Positions 1-8,050 of a stretch of DNA of 32,000 nucleotides are shown here, piece by piece. Positions within the stretch are counted from its first letter, which is position 1. Each line of letters opens with the position of its first letter. The DNA is taken from NCBI RefSeq assembly GCF_000186885.1, contig NC_014972.1:450001-482000 (forward strand), read 5' to 3'. A program made the translations under genes and the position numbers. Origin of the DNA: Desulfobulbus propionicus DSM 2032. GTDB taxonomy: Bacteria; Desulfobacterota; Desulfobulbia; Desulfobulbales; Desulfobulbaceae. The notes beneath the pieces were generated by a model. That model saw only the letters and a list, made by a program, of their open reading frames with translations, was not told the DNA's origin and made no database searches.

Positions 1-704
1 CCGGCTGCAACCTGCGCTGCTGCTTCTGCCAGAACTTCGACATCAGCCAGGGCAACGATCCCGGCCAGGAGGTGGATGCCCATGAGTTTGCCGCCATCAT
101 GCTGGAGTTGCAGGCCACGGGCTGCCACAACATCAACCTGGTCACCCCCAGTCATGTGGTGCCGCAGCTCCTCGACGCCCTGATTCCGGCCATCGAGGGT
201 GGGCTCGACATTCCCCTGGTGTTCAACTGCAGCGGTTATGAGAGCGTGGAGACACTCGCCCTGCTCGACGGCGTCATCGACATCTACATGCCTGATGTCA
301 AATTCTGGCACCTGGCCACGGCGGCCCGCTATGCGGCGGCCCCGGACTATCCCCAGCGGGTGCGTGCGGCCCTGATCGAGATGCATCGCCAAGTAGGGGA
401 TCTGGTGATCGGCCCGGACGGTTGTGCCCGCTCGGGCCTGCTCGTCCGCCATCTGCTCATGCCTGGCCTCATGGAGGAAACCGAGGCTATCCTTGCCTTT
501 ATCGCCACCCGGCTCTCGCCCCGGACCTACGTCAACATCATGGCCCAGTACCACCCCTGCGGCCGGGCCGATCGCTATCCGGAGCTGATGCGCACCATCA
601 CCGGCGAGGAGTATCGCCAGGCCCTGGACGCGGCGCGCAAGATCGGCCTCACCCGTCTTGACCACCCGGATGTGGGCCGTCTGCTCAGGCAGCTCGGTGT
701 CTGA
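1..704 (+). CDS. Radical SAM protein, PflX/COG1313-like (5' end cut by window edge)
   Basis: Frame 3 is open from base 3. Translation starts ..GCNLRCCFCQNFDISQG, a CxxxCxxC radical-SAM cluster motif in the CNLRCxFCQN form. It continues through track ORF 72..704, with the stop at 702-704. Confidence 0.8.
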   Translation, partial: GCNLRCCFCQNFDISQGNDPGQEVDAHEFAAIMLELQATGCHNINLVTPSHVVPQLLDALIPAIEGGLDIPLVFNCSGYESVETLALLDGVIDIYMPDVKFWHLATAARYAAAPDYPQRVRAALIEMHRQVGDLVIGPDGCARSGLLVRHLLMPGLMEETEAILAFIATRLSPRTYVNIMAQYHPCGRADRYPELMRTITGEEYRQALDAARKIGLTRLDHPDVGRLLRQLGV

Positions 705-716
705 GTGATATTTTTC

Positions 717-746
717 TTGACGAAATGGGCCCCTGTTCGGTATCAA
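717..746 (+). promoter_or_regulatory. Candidate sigma-70 promoter for the ilv leader transcript
   Basis: TTGACG (717-722), 18-nt spacer, TATCAA (741-746), about 55 nt upstream of the leader ORF. Identified by eye only. Confidence 0.3.
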
Positions 747-802
747 GAAAATAATTGTTCCCTGCCGGGGACAAATATTTTCCTCTAAGACAAGACCTTG
801 AT

Positions 803-904
803 ATGAAAACCCAATCCGCCATCGCCAACATTTTTGCTCTGCTCGCTCTCGTCGTGGTCGTGAGTGTGGTGGTCGTGGTGCGTACACGGTTCGAGGCGCC
901 TTAG
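803..904 (+). CDS. Branched-chain amino acid leader peptide of the ilvBN attenuator (33 aa)
   Basis: ATG at 803, TAG at 902-904. Peptide is MKTQSAIANIFALLALVVVVSVVVVVRTRFEAP, with 10 Val plus Leu and Ile packed into 33 aa. It lies directly upstream of a strong intrinsic terminator and of ilvB. It is too short to appear in the ORF track. Confidence 0.7.
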   Translation: MKTQSAIANIFALLALVVVVSVVVVVRTRFEAP

Positions 905-932
905 CGGGAAGCATCCAGAGTGGAGAATACAA

Positions 933-967
933 CCCCTGCCGGCGCCAGCCGGCGGGGGTTTTTTTTT
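933..967 (+). terminator. Rho-independent terminator acting as the ilvBN attenuator
   Basis: CCCCTGCCGGC-GCCA-GCCGGCGGGG hairpin (about 10 bp, GC-rich) followed by T9 (959-967). It sits between the leader ORF and the ilvB RBS (AGGAGG, 991-996). Confidence 0.8.
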
Positions 968-1004
968 GCCCATCATCGATTCACAATCACAGGAGGAGCA
1001 CACC

Positions 1005-2687
1005 ATGTCCAGACTCAACGGCGCCCAACTCATCATCGGTTTCCTGGAACGACAGGGAATTCGCATTGTCAGCGGTATCCCCGGCGGAGCCAACCTGCCC
1101 TTGTACGACGCCCTGGCGTCCAGCCCGACCATCCGCCACGTGCTTGCCCGCCATGAGCAAGGCGCGGGTTTTATCGCCCAAGGCATGGCGCGCGCAAGTG
1201 GCCAAATCGGCGTCTGTTTTGCCACATCCGGCCCCGGCGCGACCAATATCCTCACCGCCCTGGCCGACGCCTTTCTCGATTCCGTGCCTCTGGTCTGCAT
1301 CACCGGCCAGGTGGCGCGCTCCCTGCTCGGCACCGACGCCTTCCAGGAGGTCGACACCTACGGCCTGTCCATGCCGATCACCAAACACAATTACCTGGTG
1401 CGCTCGGCCGCCGAGCTGCTCACCATCCTGCCCAAGGCCTTTCACCTGGCCGGTTCCGGCCGACCTGGACCGGTGCTGATCGACGTGCCCAAGGACGTGC
1501 AGACCGAGGTGGTGGAGTTCGGAGCCTGGCCTGAACTGGTCTCGACCGCCGATCACCAGCCCGGCTGTCCGGAGTCGATCCGGACCGCGGCCACGATGAT
1601 CAACGAGGCAGAGCGGCCGATCCTCTATCTCGGAGGCGGGGTCATCCATGCCGGGGCGGCGGCCGAGGCCCGCCGCCTGGCCGAGCAAGGCGCCATCCCC
1701 ACGGTTATGACCCTGATGGGGCTGGGCATCCTGCCCTCGGACCACCCACTCTCCTTGGGCATGCTCGGCATGCATGCCTGCCGCGCCACCAACTTGGCCA
1801 TGGAGGAGTGCGATCTGCTCATCGCCGCCGGGGTGCGCTTCGACGACCGGGCCACCGGCCGGATCAGCGACTTTTGCCCCAAGGCCAAGGTCATTCACGT
1901 GGACATCGATGCCAGCGAGATCAACAAGCTGCGGCCGGCCGACGCCGGCATCACTGGCGATGCCCGCCACGCTTTTGCCGCCCTTCTGCCCCAGGTGCGA
2001 GAAAGGCAGCGGTCTGCCTGGAACGGCCGCATCCGCCAGTTGCAGCAGGACTATCCCCGTTTCCAGACAGAGGACTTCGCCCCGGGGCGGCCTTTCAGCC
2101 TAATCCGCAAGGTGGCCGAGCTGGCCGGTCCGGAGGCGATCATCAGCACCGATGTCGGCAAGCACCAGATGTGGGTTGCCCAGGCCTATCCGCTCACCGA
2201 CCAGCGTCAGCTGCTCACCTCGGGCGGTCTGGGAACCATGGGCTTCGGCCTGCCGGCGGCCATCGGCGCCTCGCTGGCCTTTCCCGAGCGGCCAGTGGTC
2301 TGCTTCAGTGGCGACGGCAGCCTGCAGATGAACATCCAGGAATTGGCCACCGCAGTCGAGCAGCGGGCACCGGTCAAGATCGTGGTGCTCAACAACCAAA
2401 GCCTGGGTCTGGTCCGCCAGCAGCAGCGGCTCTTTTACGAGCAGCACTACTTTGCCTCCTCCTACGGGATTGCGGTCGATTTCGCCGCCATCGCCCGAGG
2501 CTTCGGCATGCAGGCCTATGACCTCGGCAGCGCCGACAACCCGGATACGCTGTTGTGCGAGGCCATGCGCCATCCCGGTCCCTGCCTGATCAACGTGCCG
2601 ATCGACATCGAGGCCGAAGTCACGCCGATGGTGCCGCCGGGCGCCGCTAACACCACCATGATCGGAGACAGCTATGCCTGCAACTGA
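1005..2687 (+). CDS. ilvB: Acetolactate synthase (acetohydroxyacid synthase) large subunit, ThDP-dependent
   Basis: MSRLNGAQLIIGFLERQGIRIVSGIPGGANLPLYDAL.. and the GDGSLQMNIQELAT ThDP-binding motif. ATG 1005 is preceded by AGGAGG. The track ORF start at 864 would run across the attenuator terminator, so it was rejected. Confidence 0.95.
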   Translation: MSRLNGAQLIIGFLERQGIRIVSGIPGGANLPLYDALASSPTIRHVLARHEQGAGFIAQGMARASGQIGVCFATSGPGATNILTALADAFLDSVPLVCITGQVARSLLGTDAFQEVDTYGLSMPITKHNYLVRSAAELLTILPKAFHLAGSGRPGPVLIDVPKDVQTEVVEFGAWPELVSTADHQPGCPESIRTAATMINEAERPILYLGGGVIHAGAAAEARRLAEQGAIPTVMTLMGLGILPSDHPLSLGMLGMHACRATNLAMEECDLLIAAGVRFDDRATGRISDFCPKAKVIHVDIDASEINKLRPADAGITGDARHAFAALLPQVRERQRSAWNGRIRQLQQDYPRFQTEDFAPGRPFSLIRKVAELAGPEAIISTDVGKHQMWVAQAYPLTDQRQLLTSGGLGTMGFGLPAAIGASLAFPERPVVCFSGDGSLQMNIQELATAVEQRAPVKIVVLNNQSLGLVRQQQRLFYEQHYFASSYGIAVDFAAIARGFGMQAYDLGSADNPDTLLCEAMRHPGPCLINVPIDIEAEVTPMVPPGAANTTMIGDSYACN

Positions 2688-2715
2688 GCCCACCTACCCA
2701 TCGGGAGAAAAAATC

Positions 2716-3000
2716 ATGAACACCGCCATCCTTCGTCTGACCGTCAACAACCACCCCGGCGTCATGCTGCAGATCTGCGGCCTGTTCGCCCGCCGCGCCT
2801 TCAACTTGGAAGGGATCTTCTGCAACGCCATCGACCAGGGGGCGACCAGTTGTATCTGGCTCACGGTCGATGAGACCGACAAGCTTGAGCAGGTGATCAA
2901 GCAGCTGGCCAAACTGGAGGATGTACTGGCCATCGAAGAGCGCGACGACGCCCGTGCCCGCATCCAGGAGATGGAGGCGTTGATGGCCCGTATCGCCTAA
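2716..3000 (+). CDS. ilvN: Acetolactate synthase small (regulatory) subunit, short ACT-domain form
   Basis: MNTAILRLTVNNHPGVMLQICGLFARRAFNLEGI.. is the typical AHAS small-subunit ACT domain. GGGAGA RBS lies before ATG 2716, immediately after ilvB. Confidence 0.9.
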   Translation: MNTAILRLTVNNHPGVMLQICGLFARRAFNLEGIFCNAIDQGATSCIWLTVDETDKLEQVIKQLAKLEDVLAIEERDDARARIQEMEALMARIA

Positions 3001-3028
3001 GATCCAGGCGGTATGAGCGCCGTCGGGG

Positions 3029-3057
3029 TTGACATCCCGGCCCATCCACGCTAAAAA
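3029..3057 (+). promoter_or_regulatory. Candidate sigma-70 promoter
   Basis: TTGACA (3029-3034), 17-nt spacer, TAAAAA (3052-3057), just downstream of the ilvN stop. Confidence 0.35.
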
Positions 3058-3103
3058 ACAAGACATCCGTTGGAACATTCACAGTTATTCAACAGGGAAG
3101 ACC

Positions 3104-3169
3104 ATGCAACACCAAGTCGCGGCAGCGGCGGCGATGAACCCAGTTCATTGGCGACCGGCTGCTCTGTAA
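3104..3169 (+). CDS. Candidate Ala-rich leader peptide (21 aa) upstream of the aminotransferase
   Basis: AGGGAAG RBS 4 nt before ATG 3104. Peptide is MQHQVAAAAAMNPVHWRPAAL, with five consecutive Ala codons at 3119-3133. It is followed by alternative hairpins and a terminator. GC-rich sequence can give GCN runs by chance. Confidence 0.3.
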   Translation: MQHQVAAAAAMNPVHWRPAAL

Positions 3170-3229
3170 ACGAACAGCACCATATACCCGCCATGGACTG
3201 GAACAGCCGGTCCATGGCGTCGTGTTTTC

Positions 3230-3259
3230 AGCCTGGACCGTACGGTTCAGGCTTTTTTT
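3230..3259 (+). terminator. Rho-independent terminator (candidate attenuator before the aminotransferase, or ilvBN operon terminator)
   Basis: AGCCTGGACC-GTAC-GGTTCAGGCT hairpin (10 bp) followed by T7 (3253-3259), 68 nt before the aminotransferase ATG. Confidence 0.7.
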
Positions 3260-3326
3260 GTCCCCGCGACCGAAAAAACCGTGAACGCCGGTTCCTGGCC
3301 CCGAACCCTTTGCCCAGGAGAGTGTC

Positions 3327-4574
3327 ATGAACAACGAGGTTACCATTCGCTTTGCCGAACGTATGAGTCAGTTGCCGCCGTATCTGTTCGGCATGATCAA
3401 CAAAATCAAGATGGAGAAACGGTGGGAGGGGATCGATGTCATCGATCTGGGCATGGGCAATCCCATGGATCCCACCCCTAACAAGGTCACCGAAAAGCTG
3501 TGCGAGGTCGCGGTCGACCCCAAGACCCACCGCTATCCGGTGGCCGGCGGCATGAAGAACCTCAAACGGGAGATCGCCCTGTTTTACAAACGCAAGTATG
3601 GGGTGGAACTGACCGGCGAGGATGATGTCATCTGCACCATCGGCTCCAAGGAGGGTATTTCCCACCTCTGCCTGGCCCTGCTCGGCCCCGGCGATACGGT
3701 CCTGGTGCCCTCGCCGTTCTTCCCGGTCCATGTCTATGCCGCGGTCATTGCCGGCGCCAGCGTGCTCCGTTTTCCGCTCGGCTCGGAGGAGGAGTTCCTC
3801 CGTCAGGTCAGCTCGATGTGCCAGTCGCTCTATCCCCATCCCAAGCTGGTGATGCTCAACTATCCCCACAACCCCACCGGCACCCTGGCCTCCAGGGAGT
3901 TCTTCGTCGAGATGGTCAAGCTGGCCAAACGGTTCAACTTCATGGTGATCAACGACTTCGCCTACGGCCAGATCGTCTACGATGATCATGTGGCGCCCAG
4001 CCTGCTGGAGATTCCCGGGGCGCTCGATGTGGGGGTCGAGTTCGGTTCCTTTTCCAAATCCTACAACATGGCCGGCTGGCGGCTTGGCTACTGCGTGGGC
4101 AACAAGGAGATGGTCGGCGGTCTGGCCAAGATCAAGGGCTACTACGATTACGGCATCTTCTCGGCCATCCAGGTGGCGGGCATTGTTGCCATGCGCGACT
4201 GCGACGAGGCCATTGTCGAGCAGGTGGCGGTCTACCAGAAGCGGCGCGACGTGCTCTGCGAGGGACTGGCCCGCATGGGCTGGGAGGTGGACAAACCCAA
4301 GGCCGGCATGTTCGTCTGGGTACGCATTCCCGAACCCTACGTACGGATGGGCTCGATCCGGTTCTCCGTCGAGATGATGAACCGGGCCAATGTGGCCGTG
4401 GCCCCTGGCGCCGGGTTTGGCGAGGAGGGCGACGGCTATCTGCGCCTGGCCCTGGTGGAGAACGAGAACCGCATCCGCCAGGCCCTCAAGCAGATGAAGC
4501 GCGCTCTGGTGGAGATCGATCAGGAGGTCAAGGCCGGCACCTTTGTCCTGCAGCCGGATGCCCCGCAGGGGTAA
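3327..4574 (+). CDS. Class I/II PLP-dependent aminotransferase, AlaC/YfdZ-like (probable alanine/glutamate-pyruvate transaminase)
   Basis: LPPYLFGMINKIKMEKRWEGIDVIDLGMGNPMDPTP.., NYPHNPTG and SFSKSYNMAGWRLGY (PLP-lysine motif). GGAGA RBS before ATG 3327. Confidence 0.9.
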   Translation: MNNEVTIRFAERMSQLPPYLFGMINKIKMEKRWEGIDVIDLGMGNPMDPTPNKVTEKLCEVAVDPKTHRYPVAGGMKNLKREIALFYKRKYGVELTGEDDVICTIGSKEGISHLCLALLGPGDTVLVPSPFFPVHVYAAVIAGASVLRFPLGSEEEFLRQVSSMCQSLYPHPKLVMLNYPHNPTGTLASREFFVEMVKLAKRFNFMVINDFAYGQIVYDDHVAPSLLEIPGALDVGVEFGSFSKSYNMAGWRLGYCVGNKEMVGGLAKIKGYYDYGIFSAIQVAGIVAMRDCDEAIVEQVAVYQKRRDVLCEGLARMGWEVDKPKAGMFVWVRIPEPYVRMGSIRFSVEMMNRANVAVAPGAGFGEEGDGYLRLALVENENRIRQALKQMKRALVEIDQEVKAGTFVLQPDAPQG

Positions 4575-4592
4575 TCACGGCTGAGTCCGTTG

Positions 4593-4622
4593 GGAAGATG
4601 GCGGCTCGCCCCGCCATCTTCC
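4593..4622 (+). terminator. Strong hairpin after the aminotransferase (terminator-like, no T-tract)
   Basis: GGAAGATGGCGG-CTCGCC-CCGCCATCTTCC is a perfect 12-bp stem starting 19 nt after the stop, followed by TGTTG only. Confidence 0.4.
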
Positions 4623-4688
4623 TGTTGCCCAGGAAGGGCCCCTGAGGTAGAGTACCGCCATTTTCTTCCACATCCCTGCGAAACTCCC

Positions 4689-6338
4689 ATGGCCTCCCTG
4701 CTGACCATCGACCACTTCAACCTCACCTTTCTCGGCGCCGAGGGCGATCGCTCTCCGGTGCTCCACGACATCAGCCTGCACATTGCCCCTGGGGAAACCC
4801 ATGCCCTGGTGGGCGAGTCCGGTTCCGGCAAGTCGGTCACCGCCCTGTCGATCCTTCGCCTGCTGGAAGAGACCAATCAAGTGCACGCCAGCGGCTCCAT
4901 CGTCTTTGAAGGCCAGGAACTGACCACGCTGGACAAGCAGGCCATCCGCGCCATTCGCGGCAACCGCATCGCCATGATCTTCCAGGAGCCGATGACCTCG
5001 CTCAACCCGGTCTACACCATCGGCAATCAGCTGATCGAACCGCTGCTGCTCCACCAGGGGCTGAGCAAGGCCGAGGCCGCCGCCCAGGCCCTGTACCTGC
5101 TGGAACGCACCGGCATCGACAACCCGGAATACCGCATCAACTGTTATCCGCACCAGCTCTCGGGTGGCCAGCGTCAACGGGTGATCATCGCCATGGCCCT
5201 GGCCTGCCGGCCCACCCTGCTCATCGCCGACGAGCCGACCACCGCCCTCGACGTAACCATCCAAGAGCAGATCCTTCGCCTGATCAAAGACATCCAGGCC
5301 GAATACGCCATGTCGGTGCTGCTCATCACCCACGACCTGCCCATGGTGCAGAAGATCGCCGACACGGTGTCGATCATGCATCGTGGCCGCATTGTCGAGC
5401 AGGGAGCCGTAAGCGAGATTTTTTCTACGCCCGGGGAGGCGTACACCCGCCACCTGTTGGCCGCCGTGCCCCAGGGCGTGCAGCAGACCCGGCAAGGCGG
5501 GCCAAAACTGATCGAACTGCGGGGGATCACCTGTTCCTTTGCCATGAAAACCCCGTGGTCGGGCTGGTTGACGCGCCAGAAACGGATCATCAAGGCGGTG
5601 GATGACGTCAGCCTTAGCCTCAACCAGGGCACCACCTTGGGCCTGGTGGGCGAATCCGGTTCGGGCAAGTCGACGCTCGCCCTGTGCCTGCTTGGCCTCA
5701 ACACCTTTGACGGCCAGGTGCTCTACTTTCCCCAGACCGGGGTCAGTCACTGCCTTTCCGATCTGACCACCAGGCAGTTCCGGCCGCTGCGCAAGGAGCT
5801 GCAGATCGTCTTCCAGGATCCCTTTTCCTCGCTGTCGCCCCGGATGACCATCGAGCAGATCGTGGCCGAAGGCTTGCAGGTCCATGGCCTGGGCGGCACC
5901 AAGGAAGAACGCCGGACCCTGGTGGCCCAGGCCCTGGAGGATGTGGAGCTCGATCCCGGCCTGGCGGGCCGCTTTCCTCACGAGTTTTCCGGCGGCCAGC
6001 GGCAGCGGATCGCCATTGCCCGCGCCCTGATCCTCCGCCCCAAGTTGCTGATCCTCGACGAACCCACCAGCGCGCTCGACATGACCATCCAGAAACAGAT
6101 CCTCGAACTGCTCAAGGACCTGCAGCAGCGCTATCAACTCACCTACATCTTCATCACCCACGACCTGCGCACCGTGCGCTCGCTGGCCGACCAGTTGGCG
6201 GTGATGCGCCAGGGCCGCATCGTCGAGGCCGGACCGGCGGCCGCCGTCTTTGCCAACCCGCAGCAGGAGTACACGCGGCGGCTCTTTGACGCCGCCTTCC
6301 ACCTCAATCAACGCCTGGAGAATCGCCCATGCCCATGA
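4689..6338 (+). CDS. ABC transporter ATP-binding protein with two fused ATPase domains (oligopeptide/nickel Dpp/Opp-type, YejF/GsiA-like)
   Basis: There are two Walker A motifs (GESGSGKS twice), two signature motifs ([16 protein letters not shown]) and two Walker B motifs ([24 protein letters not shown]). ATG 4689 ([10 protein letters not shown]..) was chosen because the track start at 4590 lies inside the upstream hairpin. Confidence 0.9.
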   Translation: MASLLTIDHFNLTFLGAEGDRSPVLHDISLHIAPGETHALVGESGSGKSVTALSILRLLEETNQVHASGSIVFEGQELTTLDKQAIRAIRGNRIAMIFQEPMTSLNPVYTIGNQLIEPLLLHQGLSKAEAAAQALYLLERTGIDNPEYRINCYPHQLSGGQRQRVIIAMALACRPTLLIADEPTTALDVTIQEQILRLIKDIQAEYAMSVLLITHDLPMVQKIADTVSIMHRGRIVEQGAVSEIFSTPGEAYTRHLLAAVPQGVQQTRQGGPKLIELRGITCSFAMKTPWSGWLTRQKRIIKAVDDVSLSLNQGTTLGLVGESGSGKSTLALCLLGLNTFDGQVLYFPQTGVSHCLSDLTTRQFRPLRKELQIVFQDPFSSLSPRMTIEQIVAEGLQVHGLGGTKEERRTLVAQALEDVELDPGLAGRFPHEFSGGQRQRIAIARALILRPKLLILDEPTSALDMTIQKQILELLKDLQQRYQLTYIFITHDLRTVRSLADQLAVMRQGRIVEAGPAAAVFANPQQEYTRRLFDAAFHLNQRLENRPCP

Positions 6339-6685
6339 CCTATCGCGCCGTCTTTCACGTCGATCTGGATGAGGCCAAACCGCTTAACATCGCCCTGGCC
6401 AACGTCGGCAACCTGATTCGCGCCATCCCGGAAAAACACTACGATCTGGTGATGCTGTTCAACGGCCCGGCGGTGACCCTGCTGCACAACGATCAATGCG
6501 CCCCCTTCCGCGACGAGATCTGGCGGCTGCAGCAGTCGCGGGTGGCGTTCAAGGTCTGCCGCAACGCACTGAACACCTTCAACATCGATCCGGACAACCT
6601 GATCGAGGGCTGCGAGATCGTTCCCGCCGGTGTGGTGGCTTTGATTGAATTGCAGCAGGATGGGTATGCCTACATCAAACCCTGA
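6329..6685 (+). CDS. DsrE/DsrF-like family protein (COG1416-type)
   Basis: YRAVFHVD..., KVCRNAL and VALIELQQDGYAYIKP are typical of the small DsrE-like family. GGAG lies before ATG 6329. The start overlaps the ABC gene stop by 10 nt. Confidence 0.75.
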   Translation: MPMTYRAVFHVDLDEAKPLNIALANVGNLIRAIPEKHYDLVMLFNGPAVTLLHNDQCAPFRDEIWRLQQSRVAFKVCRNALNTFNIDPDNLIEGCEIVPAGVVALIELQQDGYAYIKP

Positions 6686-7011
6686 ACACAATGTTCTTTT
6701 TCGTTTTTTTGCCGCTGGTTCAATAGTTCTAATCAATCGAGGGGTCTCAACAAATAATGAACAATATTCAAGAAATGGATTGGGCTGAAGATTGCTGGCA
6801 CGGGCATACCGGCATGGATAGTTCGTGCGATTACTGCAGACTCGACACGAAGGTCGAACAGACCCCGCAAGACAAGAGTGAAGAAGGTCGAGGCGTGGAG
6901 GAGAACCCTTGAGAGGATGACGTCAGGACGGTTTCGTAAAGTGCTCAAGCTCGAAGCCATCGAATCTTCCAAATTTGGACAAAAGCACCCCTTTTTTCAC
7001 CCAACAGTTGC

Positions 7012-7431
7012 ATGGAACCCTTTTTCTGGAAACTCTCCTACGACACCGGCCTGAAGCAGATCGACCGTGATCACCGCATGATCCTGGAGCTGGCCAACGC
7101 CCTGTACACCGCCATGCACAGCGGTGCCGGGCGGGCCGCCGTGCTGCGGAGCTGCCAACAGATCGTGGCATTCACCGAAGAGCATTTTTCCCGTGAAGAA
7201 CAATACATGAAGGTGTCCGGCTATCACCGCGCAGAGGAACACAAGCAGGAACATGCCCGGCTGAAGGAGGAGGCGCGGGGTTTGCTGCTTCGCCTGGAGC
7301 TGGACAGCCCCGACAGCTCCACCGGCCTCTATCAGGTGCTGCGGGAACTGTTCATCGAGCACATTCCGGAATGCGACAAACCCTTCGGCGAGTATTACCT
7401 TGCGCGCAGCCACCAAGCGCGGCAGGGCTGA
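7012..7431 (+). CDS. Hemerythrin-like metal-binding protein (bacteriohemerythrin)
   Basis: FxW...TG...IDxDH, then EEHFSREEQYM, then HKQEH, then FIEHIPECD: the His/Glu/Asp di-iron ligand pattern of bacteriohemerythrins. Confidence 0.85.
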   Translation: MEPFFWKLSYDTGLKQIDRDHRMILELANALYTAMHSGAGRAAVLRSCQQIVAFTEEHFSREEQYMKVSGYHRAEEHKQEHARLKEEARGLLLRLELDSPDSSTGLYQVLRELFIEHIPECDKPFGEYYLARSHQARQG

Positions 7432-7850
7432 GTCCGTCGCCGCATCCTTGGTTGTATGGGAAAACCAGACAGGAAAAGGGATGGAACCGGTGCGATTACG
7501 GTGCACCGCTTTTCAGCGGGCACTTTTCAGGGTTCCCCTGACATTGCAGCCGATTGGCGGCATCTGGCCAGAAGCGGACATTGCTCAGGCAGAATTCGCC
7601 CGAAGGGTGCGTGCAGTACGGGATGAAGACAAAGCCGCTTCTGGATTCCCGCCAGCTTGCGCGGACGTCCCGTGCTCGTGGCTGTTGCTCAACTCGGTAA
7701 TGCGGACAAAAGGTCATGTGATTGCTCGATGCACAGTGTGCTGGTGGTGGAATGGCCGGGACCAGTCCTGGTATGGGATCGAAAAAGCCTTGCTGACCCT
7801 CGCGTTCGGGCAGGGCAAACGGGCGTTGGGTTGCGCCGGTCGGCTTGTTG

Positions 7851-7860
7851 CCCCCCCCCC
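7851..7860. repeat. Homopolymeric C10 tract in the long uvrC upstream region
   Basis: Ten consecutive C at 7851-7860, non-coding, about 190 nt upstream of the uvrC start. Confidence 0.9.
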
Positions 7861-8050
7861 GATTTTCCTGTCGGCCCGGATGACGGAGTGACATTGGCCA
7901 CCGTTGCACGGGCAAACCTGACTTAACCGAGTTTTCTCCCGCGGCGCAATGATCTTGTTCGCCGGATACGCCTGACCAACAAAAACAGGGGCTGGGAGGC
8001 TCCAATCACCTCGGGCTTTCGCGCCGTAAAAAAGGACAGAGACGCTTTCC

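Noticed and set aside
864-1004. N-terminal extensions suggested by the track's longest-ORF starts (864 for ilvB, and likewise 4590, 12762, 17613, 19347, 19353, 21555 and 26821)
   Set aside because: The extensions cross terminators or hairpins, lack an RBS, are Arg/Pro-rich and precede well-conserved N-termini that have their own ATG plus Shine-Dalgarno. Internal starts were chosen instead.
987-1970. 327-aa minus-strand ORF and the other alternative-frame ORFs across ilvB, uvrC, the esterase and the MscS gene (for example 8789..9631, 18388..18951, 16786..17403)
   Set aside because: These are out-of-frame or antisense overlaps with genes of confident identity, with Arg/Gly/Pro-rich compositions.
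3001-3326. T-box or other known riboswitch in the ilvN-aminotransferase spacer
   Set aside because: There is no T-box consensus (..GGTGGTACCGCG..) and no specifier-loop architecture. I could not match any riboswitch core that I know, so it was interpreted as a leader-peptide, sRNA or terminator candidate instead.
4575-6311. 578-aa ORF on the minus strand
   Set aside because: It is antisense to the ABC ATPase gene, which carries duplicated Walker A/B and signature motifs. No motifs of its own, and a shadow-ORF composition.
7400-8005. Track ORFs 7400..7891 (+, 163 aa) and 7496..8005 (-, 169 aa) as genes filling the hemerythrin-uvrC gap
   Set aside because: Both are Cys/Arg/Pro/Trp-rich with no motif, no RBS and mutual overlap. 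The first overlaps the hemerythrin 3' end. They are treated as non-coding pending blastx.
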